Below are positions 1-11,621 of a stretch of DNA of 64,000 nucleotides, one piece after another. Origin of the DNA: Macrostomum hystrix (lineage: Eukaryota; Animalia; Platyhelminthes); the NCBI GenBank assembly GCA_950097015.1, contig CATNEN010000038.1:13826001-13890000 (forward strand). The letters run 5' to 3'. The notes under the pieces are model-generated. The model was given only the letters and a program-made list of their open reading frames with translations. It made no database searches and had not been told where the DNA came from. The first letter of the stretch is position 1. Each line of letters begins with the position of its first letter. The position numbers and the translations under genes are program-made.

Positions 1-390
1 CTGCGGATACGGTCATCGTGAAGGCAAGTGTCCTGCTTTCGGTAAGCGATGCTTGAGTTGTGGCCGCATGAATCACTTCCGTAGTCAGTGCCTGAGTAAG
101 AGCCAGAAAGTCATGACTGTGGGTGTCGCGGAAGTTGCTGAGCCCCGTCCGGACGGGGATGAGGTTTGCTTCATCGGAACACTGCAGTCTGATGGTGAAT
201 CAGCTTGGTTAGCCGAAGTCCAGCTGCCAAATGGTGAGAGGCTGATATTTAAGATGGAAACTAGAGCAGAGGTGAACGTGTTGCCTGCTCACCTGCTTCC
301 GGCTGGGGAGCAGCTGTGCGCCACTCGAACAGTTCTGACTGCCTTTGGTGGAGCGCGCATTCCGGTTCTTGGGAAGTCCGCGCTCATCAC
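1..390 (+). mobile_element. Ty3/Gypsy gag-protease fragment (degenerate, cut by window edge)
   Basis: Frame reads CGYGH..KCPAFGKRCLSCGRMNHFRSQC (double zinc knuckle like that of the 1405 element), then a degenerate protease motif FKMETRAEVNVLP (DTGA equivalent). No RT follows. Confidence 0.8.
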
Positions 391-1115
391 AGTGCGAAAC
401 GCGTCATTAATCTAATTAAATCGAATACTGCATGTTGATTTTCGCATTTCTATTTCACAACTGTTCTTATTCCATTCCAGTTGACGTTTTCAATACACAT
501 GCACTCATAGGAATTTATCATATGCCTCCGCTGTATTTAAGTATGGAGCTCAGTCATTTCTTTCAATTCAATGGCACAATGGTATTGCTTCATGACAGTA
601 AAAAACGAAACCTTTTTGCTTAGCTTTAGTTGTGGGCTTTACTCTCCGACACACTGCTCAGATTTCTTTCTTTATTTTGATTCAGCTGTTTCATTCTTTC
701 AGACTGTGCACATGCAAGCATTTTGAAAAAAGGAATGAAGTACGTACATATTTATCGAATGTGCCAGTCTGTTGACGTATAGAATGCCAGCTCATAAGTT
801 GAATGCGGTGCAAGTGGATGAAATGCAAATTTCAAAATGCACTGCTATTGTACGAGTAATGTAAAAAGGCGCTAAATTAGAGGTAATAAGAATCGAGAGA
901 CAAAGGCGCCTCTGCAAAACTTGCGCAGTGTATATACGAGTACAATGACACACTGTTGTTTTTCACACACACGAATGACATAGATGTCGCTCAAAAAGTA
1001 CCTCGGCTCTAATAGTACATTTTGCCAAATAGCCACGAAATGCAGGAAAGCGGAGACAACCATGGAGAAAAGTAAATATTGGTATACTGCAACAATCATT
1101 GGGTATTAAGTAAAC

Positions 1116-1404
1116 TGACGTGCCGGGGTTTGAGTCGTGAATGAACCGTGAACTGTGTTGAGCAAGTGAACTGTGGTTGATCTGCAGGCCTGCGTGCCAG
1201 CCGCACTCTGACCCAATGTACGCAGCCTGAATATTGATTATTGATGTACTCAACACCTGTTGACTTTTAAGCCTTGTTGACTCGTCGACTTATATATAAA
1301 TGCATGTGTATGGTGAAACATCGTGACAAATAAACAAAACTCGCTACTAACCCAAACCAAGCCTACGGGCAGTTTTGCCTTATATTCCTGAGCACGACTT
1401 GACA
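1116..1404 (+). repeat. 5' LTR
   Basis: TG...CA ends, TATA-like TTATATATAAA and AATAAA inside; duplicated at 5254-5542. Confidence 0.96.
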
Positions 1405-4400
1405 ATGGCATCGCAAGCATCTGAACTAAGCCTTGAAGATCCTGACACAGCCGAAGCCTGGCTGCTAAGTTTCGCGGCCGCTGCACGGACCAAGAAACTG
1501 AAGGATTCGGAAGAGGAACACCAGATCACTGATCTATTCCTCTCGAGGGCAGGCCTCAAGGCACTGAGAACCCTGACCCTCATGGCTGCCCCAGACAGCC
1601 TGGAGACCAAAACATTCGCACAGATCCGCGACATCATCGATGCAACGATTCGGCCCAAGCGGCGCCTCACCATTGCCGAGAGGGTGAAATTCCTCTCCCT
1701 CAGGCAGGATCCGAGCGAAGGCGTCGCATCGTACTACCGCCGGCTCCGAGCAGCTGCAGCCTCGTGCAGTTTTGAGAAGCTAGGCTCGAAACAGACCTGT
1801 GAGGACGAACTCATCACCATGAGGCTCGTGGACGGTCTTGCCTCCGTGGACCACAAGCGCAGACTGCTGGAGAGGATGCAGGGCATCGACATGCTGCTGA
1901 CCGATGTGCTGCAAGAGCTTGAGCAGTTGGAGCAGATTCGCTACTACAACGCCGGCACCGGGCCCACCGTCACCACCGAGTCAAGCATCGCCTATGCAGG
2001 GCGGCGCGCCGCACCTCCACAGCTTCCTCCGGACACCAGATCGCTGAAGCACCCAACAAGGACGAAGTGCCAATACTGTGGCGGTTCGCACCAGCAGGGC
2101 TCATGCCCCGCCTTCGGCAAAAGGTGCACCACCTGCAACAAGAAAAACCACTACGCAGCCGTTTGCAGGTCCCGCACTGTGCACTTGGAGACCTGGGAGG
2201 AGGACGATGATGCCGCCCCGAAGCCAGATGCCGCCAACGTCTTCGTCATCAGACCGGAGCACAAGGAGCGAAAAGGCATCTTCAGGCGCGTCAAGATCAA
2301 CGGCAAAGAGCTGCAGATGCAAGTGGACACAGGCGCCGACGTAAGCCTCATTCCCAGGGGCCATTGGGAGGTGCTCGGGCGTCCAGCGCTGAGGAAGTCC
2401 AAGCGAATCCTGAGGCAATTTGATGGATCAATAATCAAGATCCTGGGCGAGTTCACAGCAACGTGGAATGATAAAGACAAGTTCCGCACTGTCGACTTGG
2501 TTGTCACTGCAGCACACAAGTCACACGGGCTGTTGGGCCTCGACAACCTGGATTGGAACTCTGAGAGGCAGACAGTTGGTGGCCAAGGCACTGCAATACA
2601 GCACCTCAATTGCCTGAAGGGTTTCCAAGCCAGAATCAAGCTGATCGAAGGTGCCAAGCCATTCTACTGTGCAGCCAGAGCGGTGCCACTGCACCTGCGC
2701 GACCGCGTCAACCAAGAGCTGAAGCGCCTCCAGGCTGAAGGAATAATTGAACCAGTGACCGAAGGCGGTAGCGAGTGGGCGTCACCAATCGTCTGCGTCC
2801 TCAAACCCAACGGCAAAATCAGAATTTGTGCCGATTACAAGGCGGGGGTCAATCATCAAGTGTGCGGAGACACCTATCCAATGCCAACCGTCGAGACCAT
2901 CTTCTCGGATGTCGCCGGAATGACTGACTTCGCGACCCTCGACCTATCTGACGCATATCTACAGATTGAACTCGAGGAGAAGAGCAGGGAAGTCACTACG
3001 ATTGCGACCCCACTCGGTCTGTTTCGCTACACCCGACTCGTGCCAGGCCTCAAGTCAGCATCCGCCATCTTTCAAAAGGCCATGGAGACGACCCTTGAGG
3101 AGGTGAACGGCAAGGTCATCTATCAAGACGATATTCTGCTCGGAGGTCGCTCCAGCGAAGATCTCAAAGCCAAAGTCAATGAAGTAATTAAGATCCTCCA
3201 GGCAGCCGGAATGAACATAAATCTCGCCAAGTCCAACTTGGGCGCCAAGAGCGTCAAGTTCCTCGGCTACAGAATCGGTGCAGAAGGAATCTCTCCGGAC
3301 CCTGGACTGGTCAGCAAGATAAAAGACATCTCTGCACCACGCGACCGTCGCCAGTTGGAGTCCTTCCTCGGCCTCTGCAACTTTTTCGGAAGGTTCGTCA
3401 ACAATTATGCGCACATCGTCGAGCCCCTGAACCAGCTGCGCAAGAAGGGAGCGGAGTTCACTTGGACAACTGCACAGGAAGCGGCCTTCCACCAGCTAAA
3501 GAAGCTCCTGAGCTCCAGCCCGATCATCCAGCCATACGACCGGACAAAGGAAACAACGCTCACGACCGACGCCAGCGAGAAGGCGGTGGCCGCCGTGCTC
3601 ACGCAAGAAGGTCATCCCGTCATCTACTTCAGCAGGCGTTTGACGGAGGCAGAGGCACGCTACTCCAACATCGAACGGGAGGCGCTGGCGATTGTGTGGT
3701 CAATGGAGAGGTCCCGTCAGTTCCTACTGGGCAAGCGCTTCACTCTGCGAACCGACCACCGCCCTCTCGAGTTTCTGTTCGGGGCACGGCAACAGCTCCC
3801 TAAAGTCGCCAATGCCCGCATCCTGCGCTGGGCGATCCGCCTCATGGGATTTGACTTCGCTATTGAGTACGCCCGCGGAGTCGACATCCCGCACGCCGAT
3901 GCATTGTCTCGTCTTGACTTCGCTGACGTCCCGGACGATCCATCTGAAGCGGCACCCCAACAACACCTGGTGCATTGGGCCGGTGAAAGCGTCATCGGCT
4001 GGACTGAGCTGGCAGAGGAGACAAAGCGCGATAGACTGCTAGCGGACATCACTCGAAGGATAGCTGGAAACCGTTGGACGGGTTGCTCGCCTGCGGAACG
4101 GCAATTCAAAGCAATTCGACATGCACTCACTCTAGACGGCTCGGTGGTGTGCTACGGCGATCGACCGGTCATTCCTGCTTCACTACGCAGTCGCGTCCTG
4201 GAATTGGTGCACAGCGGGGCGCATCCGGGCGCCACGAGCACTCGAGCGCTGGTCCGCAACTCCGTCTGGTGGCCAGGCTACTGCGATGACGTCGAAGGAT
4301 TCGTCCGTGCCTGCCACACCTGCGCCAAGCAACGTCAAAGTAGTCACAGCAGTGTCCACCAATGGCCCGCCGAGTCTGAGCCTTGGGGGCGCGTGCACAT

Positions 4401-5256
4401 GGACCACGCTCACGTTCCGAAGGTCGGGCTCCTGCTGATCCTGGTCGACGCCATGTCTGCCTGGCCGGAGGCCATCCGAGTGCCCGACAAGAGCGCCGCC
4501 ACCGTAAGGCGGGTCCTCCAGGAGGTCTTCGCCCGCAACGGAGTGCCGAGAACCCTGGTGAGTGACAATGCTGCAGAGTTCCATGATGAGGGGTTGGTGA
4601 GCTGGCTGCACAGAATCGGCTGCCGCGCTGTGAAAACCCCACCATATTATCCCCAGTCCAACGGCCTGGCCGAGCGAATGGTGCAGACGATCAAGGTGGC
4701 CTCGGCGGGCTGGGATCAGCAGGAGCCGTACGACGCGTTCCTGGCACGGATCCTACTGAACTACCGATGTGTACCTCACGCCGGAAGGGAGTTCAGCCCG
4801 GCGCAACTAATGGGAAGGCAGCTGCGAAACCCCATCACCATGAAGACAGCGATCCGCTCTGAGGTCTGGTACGCTGCAACGCCGAGTGCCACACCGGAGA
4901 AGGCGGAGTTCCTGGCGCAGAAAGGGTCCAACACGGCGCTGATCATGCGACAGGGTGACCGGGTCACGCTCGCCCACCTAGACCAACTGCGTCGGCACGA
5001 AGCCGGCGGCAATGGAGACGTTGCGACAGCCGCAGTCTACCACGAAGTTGCTCCGAGACCCGCCGACTTGCCTGAAGCGCGACATGAAAACATGCCTACG
5101 TCCTTGACCCAGGCAGGCGCGCCAGGGGAGACCGCAGATCCGCCGCCAGTGGCCAGTGGCAGAGTGCCGTCACCGGCCGCGACTCCCCAGAGACCGAGCT
5201 ACAACCTCCGTGTGAATCGGGGCGTGCCGCCCGATCGGTTCGAAGGGGGGAGATGA
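1405..5256 (+). CDS. Gag-Pol polyprotein (gag, zinc knuckles, aspartic protease, RT, RNase H, integrase), ~1283 aa
   Basis: Uninterrupted ORF with ATG at 1405. Motifs: CQYCGGSH..CPAFGKRCTTCNKKNHYAAVC, VDTGA, YQDD, TDAS, integrase HH-CC and D,D,E (HMDH / VSDN / LAERMV). Order PR-RT-RH-IN indicates Ty3/Gypsy. Confidence 0.96.
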   Translation: MASQASELSLEDPDTAEAWLLSFAAAARTKKLKDSEEEHQITDLFLSRAGLKALRTLTLMAAPDSLETKTFAQIRDIIDATIRPKRRLTIAERVKFLSLRQDPSEGVASYYRRLRAAAASCSFEKLGSKQTCEDELITMRLVDGLASVDHKRRLLERMQGIDMLLTDVLQELEQLEQIRYYNAGTGPTVTTESSIAYAGRRAAPPQLPPDTRSLKHPTRTKCQYCGGSHQQGSCPAFGKRCTTCNKKNHYAAVCRSRTVHLETWEEDDDAAPKPDAANVFVIRPEHKERKGIFRRVKINGKELQMQVDTGADVSLIPRGHWEVLGRPALRKSKRILRQFDGSIIKILGEFTATWNDKDKFRTVDLVVTAAHKSHGLLGLDNLDWNSERQTVGGQGTAIQHLNCLKGFQARIKLIEGAKPFYCAARAVPLHLRDRVNQELKRLQAEGIIEPVTEGGSEWASPIVCVLKPNGKIRICADYKAGVNHQVCGDTYPMPTVETIFSDVAGMTDFATLDLSDAYLQIELEEKSREVTTIATPLGLFRYTRLVPGLKSASAIFQKAMETTLEEVNGKVIYQDDILLGGRSSEDLKAKVNEVIKILQAAGMNINLAKSNLGAKSVKFLGYRIGAEGISPDPGLVSKIKDISAPRDRRQLESFLGLCNFFGRFVNNYAHIVEPLNQLRKKGAEFTWTTAQEAAFHQLKKLLSSSPIIQPYDRTKETTLTTDASEKAVAAVLTQEGHPVIYFSRRLTEAEARYSNIEREALAIVWSMERSRQFLLGKRFTLRTDHRPLEFLFGARQQLPKVANARILRWAIRLMGFDFAIEYARGVDIPHADALSRLDFADVPDDPSEAAPQQHLVHWAGESVIGWTELAEETKRDRLLADITRRIAGNRWTGCSPAERQFKAIRHALTLDGSVVCYGDRPVIPASLRSRVLELVHSGAHPGATSTRALVRNSVWWPGYCDDVEGFVRACHTCAKQRQSSHSSVHQWPAESEPWGRVHMDHAHVPKVGLLLILVDAMSAWPEAIRVPDKSAATVRRVLQEVFARNGVPRTLVSDNAAEFHDEGLVSWLHRIGCRAVKTPPYYPQSNGLAERMVQTIKVASAGWDQQEPYDAFLARILLNYRCVPHAGREFSPAQLMGRQLRNPITMKTAIRSEVWYAATPSATPEKAEFLAQKGSNTALIMRQGDRVTLAHLDQLRRHEAGGNGDVATAAVYHEVAPRPADLPEARHENMPTSLTQAGAPGETADPPPVASGRVPSPAATPQRPSYNLRVNRGVPPDRFEGGR

Positions 5257-5542
5257 CGTGCCGGGGTTTGAGTCGTGAATGAACCGTGAACTGTGTTAAG
5301 CAAGTGAACTGTGGTTGATCTGCAGGCCTGCGTGCCAGCCGCACTCTGACCCAATGTACGCAGCCTGAATATTGATTATTGATGTACTCAACACCTGTTG
5401 ACTTTTAAGCCTTGTTGACTCGTCGACTTATATATAAATGCATGTGTATGGTGAAACATCGTGACAAATAAACAAAACTCGCTACTAACCCAAACCAAGC
5501 CTACGGGCAGTTTTGCCTTATATTCCTGAGCACGACTTGACA
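5254..5542 (+). repeat. 3' LTR
   Basis: Copy of 1116-1404; its first three bases (TGA) are the polyprotein stop codon. Confidence 0.96.
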
Positions 5543-6002
5543 TAAACATCACAGCAAAAGTCATGGTTAATACAGTTGAATACTGAGAAAAATAGAGAGA
5601 AACTTTTTTCTTGCCAAGAAAGCAAGATTTTTTGTGTTTTAATGAAGAATACTGAAGTTTTCTTGCAAGATTATCTTCTGCAGATATTTTCCTGAGATTT
5701 TCAGATAGACATTTATTGTAGAGAAAATCTTTGGATAAAAAGATGACCTCGGTCTCGTTCTCGAAAAATTCTCGATCTTAATTAAAATCTGTTTTCTATT
5801 TTTGGCGAACACGTCCATATCAAAAGCTCAGGAACGTTAGCCTTACCTGGGTCTGAAATATCTGCATTAGTTAGGAAAATATTGATATTTTTTCACTTGT
5901 TTTTATTCATACGGAACAAAAGCAACACGAAACAAAACAAAACATCTTCTTCCTGCATTTGTCCGTCGGTGTCCATGCTTTGTGTAGTCGTGTGCTCAAG
6001 TT

Positions 6003-6233
6003 TTTGCTGACGTGAGAGCCGCCTTCAGAGATTTGTAGTCTGCCTTGCCTTCCTCGTCCAACGCCTGGTATACAGCGAACGCACCTCCCAAGAGAAACAG
6101 TGGGACGAAATTATAGGCTAAATCGGTCACCTTCAGTAGCCTGACAACGAGCTCAAGCTTCTGCGCCCAACGCGCAAAATCCTCCTCGCCGTCATACTGC
6201 TTGACGATGTCGCTGAATTTAGCCGCAATAGCT
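6003..6233 (-). mobile_element. Isolated retrotransposon gag N-terminal fragment between 20-bp direct repeats
   Basis: ORF text FSDIVKQYDGEEDFARWAQKLELV..VPLFLLGGAFAVYQAL..DYKSLKAALTSA resembles a gypsy gag N-terminus. TGTAGT(C/A)GTGTGCTCAAGTT at 5983-6002 and 6234-6253. Confidence 0.6.
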
Positions 6234-6255
6234 TGTAGTAGTGTGCTCAAGTTAG

Positions 6256-6393
6256 TCTGCTAAGAACCACTAAAGTATATATTTGTGGGCTGCAAGCGCT
6301 TTACATGGGTTCCTACGCTAACATTCAGGGATTGTATAATTCTTGAACGCTTACGAGTGCGTCAATGGAAAAAGCACAAGTGCGCGAAGCGCA
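6256..6393 (+). repeat. Left arm of a 138-bp perfect inverted repeat (partner 8412-8549)
   Basis: Exact reverse complement of 8412-8549 by eye; includes half of a Crypton-type terminal hairpin (GCGCGAAGCGC). Confidence 0.92.
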
Positions 6394-6404
6394 AGTTTGT
6401 ATGG

Positions 6405-8267
6405 CTGCTCTGCAGCCCTGACCCGGACTCGGTCCAAAAAATCGGCTACGCTGACGACGTCACCGCCACCGTGGCCGGACCGTCTCCCCCGTTCTTAAGA
6501 GACCTTTTGCAAGCTTTCATCCACCGTGCCGAGCGCTGGGCTGATGGCTGCGGCCTCAAACTCTCTGAGTCCAAGACCGTCGCCATTATGTTCACCAGCA
6601 AACGAAACTGGAGGATTGAGCCCCTCCTTCTCTATGACAAACCCATCGCCATGGAGAAGCAAACCAGATGCTTGGGTGTCATCCTCGACCACAGGTTGAG
6701 CTGGACACCTCACGTCAAATCCAAAACCCGCAAGGCTCTTGCGACGCTCGCGCAGATCCGCAGAGCCTTCGGTGCCACCTGGGGCCTCACCCCCCGCCGT
6801 CTCTGGTGGATTTACACTACCATCGTAAGACCGGCCATCTCTTTTGCCGGCTTCATCTGGAATAGTGCCCTGGAGACCAAAGGGGTTCTGGAGGCCCTAA
6901 ACAAGGTGCAGGGCCGCGCTTGTCGAGCCATCATGAGTGCGGCACCCTTCACTCCCTTCGCTGGCATGAATGCCTTCCTGGACCTTCCCCCTTTAGATCT
7001 TTTTATCAAGGGGGAAGCGATAAAGACGGCTCGTCGTCTTCTGGACGCGGGCATCTCCATCCGGAAGCAACTTGCCTTCATTAAGCGGAACCTCCAGCCC
7101 CATGGCGACCTCAGCCTACGGGACCTGGACGCAGCAGGAGGTCTCAAAATTCTCTCAGACGGAATCCCGTCGACGCTGTGCCCACCGCAAAAATTCAAAA
7201 CCAGCATTCCGCCTCGACAGGAAGTACGTGACCACGGCCAACCCCGTGAAATTCACTGCTTCACCGACGGATCGCAAATCAACTCGATCTCTGGTTTCGG
7301 CTACTGCATTATGTCCGGAGGGAAAACTTTGGCGACCTTCTCCCAGCACACCGGCATAAACTCTACCGTCTTCCAGAACGAAGTTCTCGCCATCAGCTCC
7401 TGCGCCCTGGAGCTGATCAACCAAAACGTCCACGGAGCGGAAATCTTCCTCCACTCGGACAGCCAGGCGGCAATCCATTCCCTTGGACGCACGCACACCT
7501 GCTCGCGCACAGTCCTCGACTGCGTCGCGCAACTCAACCGCTTAGGGACCCAAAACAAGGTGTCCCTAAGGTGGATTCCAGGGCACTCTGGCCACCCTGG
7601 TAACGAATTGGCCGACAGCCTCGCCAAGGCCGGTTCGACGGGTTCGCTTTTTGGCCCCGTGCCTGCGGTCTCCACCCCTACCGCCGTCGTCAACACTCGG
7701 ATTAACCAGTGGGTGGCCTCAAAGCACAAGGACAGATGGATTAATACCGCCGATTGTCGGCAGTCTCGCGCTGCTGTCCCTTGTCCCTCCACTGCCCTTC
7801 GCAAAGCCTTGCTTGGACTGAACCGCAAGGACATCAGGGCAGTCACCATGGCCCTCTCTGGCCATGGCTGTTTCGCCAGGCACCGCTTCCTGCAAGGCAA
7901 AATCCGCAGTGAGGAATGCCCCTTCTGCCTCTCCTATGTCGAGGATGCAGAGCATTTTATTTGCGACTGCCCCGCCTTCACCCAGGAAAGGCTCACCTAT
8001 CTCGGCCCAAACCCGGATCTCCCCGACGTTTTCAGGCCTGAGAACATCTGCCAGCTCATCCGATACCTGAGGGCCACAGGGCGAGCAACCCTCCACCTCC
8101 TGGACTCTCCGGAGGAGGACCGCGCTGCGGACGCCGGCACCACCGGATCCCCCTGCGCGACACCGCAGCTTTAGTTGCCCGTGGTCGCCAGGGGTTAGCG
8201 GAATGGGCGACAACGCCTCCCTGCTGCATCCGGAAGATGCCCCCTGCAGCTAAGTCAAGTAAGTCAA
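6405..8267 (+). mobile_element. 5'-truncated non-LTR retrotransposon (I-group, LOA/R1-like) with RT C-terminus, RNase H and CCHC finger
   Basis: ORF to 8174 with GYADD, LGVILD..LSW..H, RNase H motifs ([28 protein letters not shown]) and [14 protein letters not shown]. 3' tail TAAGTCAAGTAAGTCAA. Confidence 0.92.
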
Positions 8268-8329
8268 TGTTCCCAGTCTAATTTCTTGCGTGCAGGAATG
8301 TTCCTCCCCGCACACTTTATTCTTAATAT

Positions 8330-8480
8330 GAATTTTGTCTATGGTTAGAATGGCTCTAATAAGAATGAAATTCATGAACGCTTACTCGTGCGTCTATGGC
8401 CAAAGCACTCGTGCGCTTCGCGCACTTGTGCTTTTTCCATTGACGCACTCGTAAGCGTTCAAGAATTATACAATCCCTGA
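8330..8480 (-). mobile_element. Orphan terminus of a tyrosine-recombinase (Crypton-like) element with terminal hairpin
   Basis: Imperfect palindrome ~8370-8470 centred on GCGC-TTC-GCGC with two GTCTATGG motifs. Same layout as the 5' ends at 12829-12937 and 16426-16521. Confidence 0.65.
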
Positions 8481-8549
8481 ATGTTAGCGTAGGAACCCAT
8501 GTAAAGCGCTTGCAGCCCACAAATATATACTTTAGTGGTTCTTAGCAGA
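8412..8549 (-). repeat. Right arm of the 138-bp inverted repeat
   Basis: Reverse complement of 6256-6393. Confidence 0.92.
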
Positions 8550-10148
8550 ACCTTAGTTTTTAGTGGCTTGACCTTAGTTTTTTGCGTATCGCTCCCCTGT
8601 CTACCCCGCTCGCCCAGGTAGCTGCCCTGATTATTTTAGCATCGTCTGCCCCGTGCCAGGGCACATCTCGGCGCTGCTGAGCTTCGCTCGTGTCTTTTGT
8701 TTAGAAGGTCTCTTACTGCGAAGACTCAAATTATTGCATGTAAAACAAAATCAAATATTCGTCAAAGCAGCTACCCGCGTCTACACCCTGCGTCCCGAAT
8801 GGTAAACGCTGCTTTCGTGAACGTCCATCCTTTCGAAGTGCCATATCCGCATTGTACGATCTTAGCCTGTGTTGCGGTTCTAGACTCCATTAACTAAAAC
8901 CTAAAGAAGCCATGGCCCTGGTTGCTTAAACTGTAATTTATTTTAGGCCTATGAAAATAGTTACTTATAAAATCAGTTCCTTTTTAACCAACAGAGCTTC
9001 CCGTGATTATGGCGATGTACCTGTCTCGCATGTACCGATCAGAAAAGAGAGATTTGGGGAGAAGCATTCTGTCAAACTGCGAGAAATTATTCTAGCAGTT
9101 AGTGTTGATTCATACGCAGCTGAGAGTGCTTACGTCGCAACCAATTAAGCAGTTAGACTATAGTAGCTATTTTCCTAATGAAAGCAGAAAGAAGGAAATA
9201 ATTACTCATTGTACAGAAGCGTCTACTGCGCTTCAGAGCCCATTGTACTGCCTAGCTTCCCTCGAGACAATTCAGTAGTTAAGTCTGCCATTCAGTGGCA
9301 CTAAAATATTTCTAGTAAACCCTTGTGCATGGGCATTTGACTCAAAACTGCCTTTGAGTTCAATTCAGTACTGAACATCTCAAGCTTGAACTGAAGTAAT
9401 TCTTATCGTGCGCCTTTGGTCTCCAAGAAAATATTCTGAAAATCTTATAAGCCTTGCTACTACTTCTCAGGGTTTGTCTTCACATTTGCCAGCAACTGCG
9501 CAACTGCACACCTGCAAAAAGAAAACTCATTAAAGTAAAGAAACTATTTCATATTCTGCTATTGTTTGCTGCAGTACTAATTACGCGGAGTCATGGGAGC
9601 AAAATACGGAATAATTCAAGCATATTTTCGTCTGTTATCTGAATCAGTGAAAAATACATTTGTGAACGCTTTGGCAGTATTTTGCTTTATAAAAGAGAAG
9701 AGAGTGTTAATCATCAGAGTGGTTATCATTAATCGTTATCACTGTTCTCGTAGTTTGGAGTGCAGAGTCCTATCTAAAAATATAAATACTGTGCCTCGTA
9801 CAACAAGCGATACTGAAGCAATTGAAAATCAGCACCCATTATGTGTGTACGCATAATAATGTCTTGTAGTAATAGCAAAATACGAGAAAAATTGTCAACC
9901 CTTATTTAAAGCAGCTGGCCTGCTTTTCAAATCAAACTAATATGTTTGTCTAGTTAGCTACCCGGCTGCCCATTTCTGAATATGCGGCTCAAAGGATGGG
10001 ACTTGGTTCTAGTAATTAGTGGCACGAAAAAATCCCTATGCATTTCATGTAGGTGGTGTAGTCGTGTATGTCTATGTTGGAGGCAGAGACCAGTTGGCAG
10101 AGGGCATCAGTGGTAACAGAGTTTTTATTAGGCAATGACGCACGCACG

Positions 10149-11374
10149 CTAATAAAAATTGTTTGCCATAAGAATGTTTGGCACAGCTCTCCGAATATCC
10201 ACAGTTTTGTCGAAAAACACTGGCGAACCTCTAGGATCATAGGATGTTCGTGTCTTCTTCGTGTCGTGAAGGGCGTATGAAATGTCTCCTTTATCTGTGA
10301 TTGGGTCCAGGTTGTACACATCGCTGCAATACTCTTGTAGTGGCATAGGCGAGAACATTGTAGGCTTAATGTGCAGCTTGCACAAGTGATTCAGGTGGTT
10401 AATCCAAAATTTTTTGTATGAGGTCGTGCTGCCCCAGAAGCTGTTGTTTGCGAAGGCGTCGAACGCTCGCGAGGGCGGCACAAGCACAATTCCGCCCGGA
10501 TCGGTTGTGGCACGAAACTCTGCCGCGTACTGATTCACCATTGTGGTGAGCCCCAGTGGACCAGCGAACAAAAAAATGTCTTGAGTCGGATTGGCTGCCA
10601 GCTTCAGGATGCAGTAGGAGAAGAAGGGGTGCTGCGGCTCCGAAATCATGAACGCCGGGTTGGCAAGCCGATCCGGGGGCCACTTCAGGCCGAAGTAGAA
10701 CATCGCGATGGCCTCCGCTGTGATTGGCACGGTGGCAGGGTACTTGAGAAACCAGTCCAGGGGGCGCACCAAGACATAGTCCAGGTCCGCGTACACTCCT
10801 CCGAACTGAAAGATCGGAGTATCTGCTATTTTCAGCTGGCAATTCTTCGTTGTGGATTGAGTACTGATTTTCTGGGACTCACGTGGTGCAGTATCAGGTA
10901 GCGAATCATGTCCACTCGCATGATGTGATGCTTGAGCGACCGGAATCTCTGCAGCACACCTGGATAGTACTTCGCAACGAAGCCCTCCAGATCTTGGTCG
11001 CGCCACAGGACATAGGTCCAGTCGGGATGAATTTTCAGCCACGAATTCAGCTGCTTGGCGAAGTAGGTCGACACACGTTCAGATTTCCACAGAATGTGCC
11101 GAATCTTGGGAACGCGTTCGGTTCTGTCGATGGCGGACTCAAAGGCTGCGTGGCACTTGCGGTCGTGGCAGACGCTGCCGAACTCTGTCGCAACGTGAAG
11201 TAACTTTGAGTAATCTGAGTTCGACAAGTTTTTGAATCGGCAGGGTATAATTCGTGTTCCATCGCTTAACAAGCGTGCTGATGTTGACAGTACTTTTAGT
11301 TGAATTACGAGCCACGTGAATGACAGCAACAAGAGCAACAATAAGCAGAGAAACCGCCTGATCCTTGTGCTCAT
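10149..11374 (-). CDS. Glycosyltransferase family 32 (DxD, OCH1/SUR1-like), type II membrane protein; exons 11374-10883 and 10805-10149 (~382 aa)
   Basis: N-terminal TM segment; VPKIRHILWK, W.YVLW.D, RVDMIRYLILHH|FGGVYADLD, P.HPFF, AGP motifs. 77-bp GTGAGT...TTTCAG phase-0 intron joins the two ORFs. Confidence 0.88.
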
Positions 11375-11580
11375 GCCTCTGTCCTGGTGGAAGATGTGAA
11401 AGGTGTTTTATCAGTCACGAACTTTTAACAATATAAAGACCACGCGATTTCCCATTGAGGAAAACCACGGGAGGTATTTCAAACACCCACTGCCTATTTC
11501 ACGATAGCTCCCAAACCGAATGACAAATTTTCGTCAAAGTCCACCATATGGATCAAAATTTTTCGCCCATTACGATGAGG

Positions 11581-11621
11581 GACCGGAATCTCTGCAGTAC
11601 AACTGGATAGTACTTCGCAAC
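11581..11621 (-). repeat. 41-bp near-copy of GT32 exon 1 (10938-10978) upstream of the gene
   Basis: GACCGGAATCTCTGCAG(C/T)ACA(C/A)CTGGATAGTACTTCGCAAC; two mismatches. Confidence 0.75.

Larger units (their letters stand above)
1116..5542 (+). mobile_element. Full-length Ty3/Gypsy LTR retrotransposon (Mag-like), 4427 bp, 5-bp TSD TAAAC
   Basis: Two 289-bp TG...CA LTRs (1116-1404, 5254-5542) with one mismatch that I could see. TAAAC at 1111-1115 and 5543-5547. PBS-like TGG at 1406. Polypurine tract GAAGGGGGGAGA immediately before the 3' LTR. Confidence 0.97.

Noticed and set aside
1380-5344. Many overlapping short ORFs within the gypsy element (likewise in the LINE, hAT and FkbM regions)
   Set aside because: Shadow ORFs of GC-rich coding sequence.
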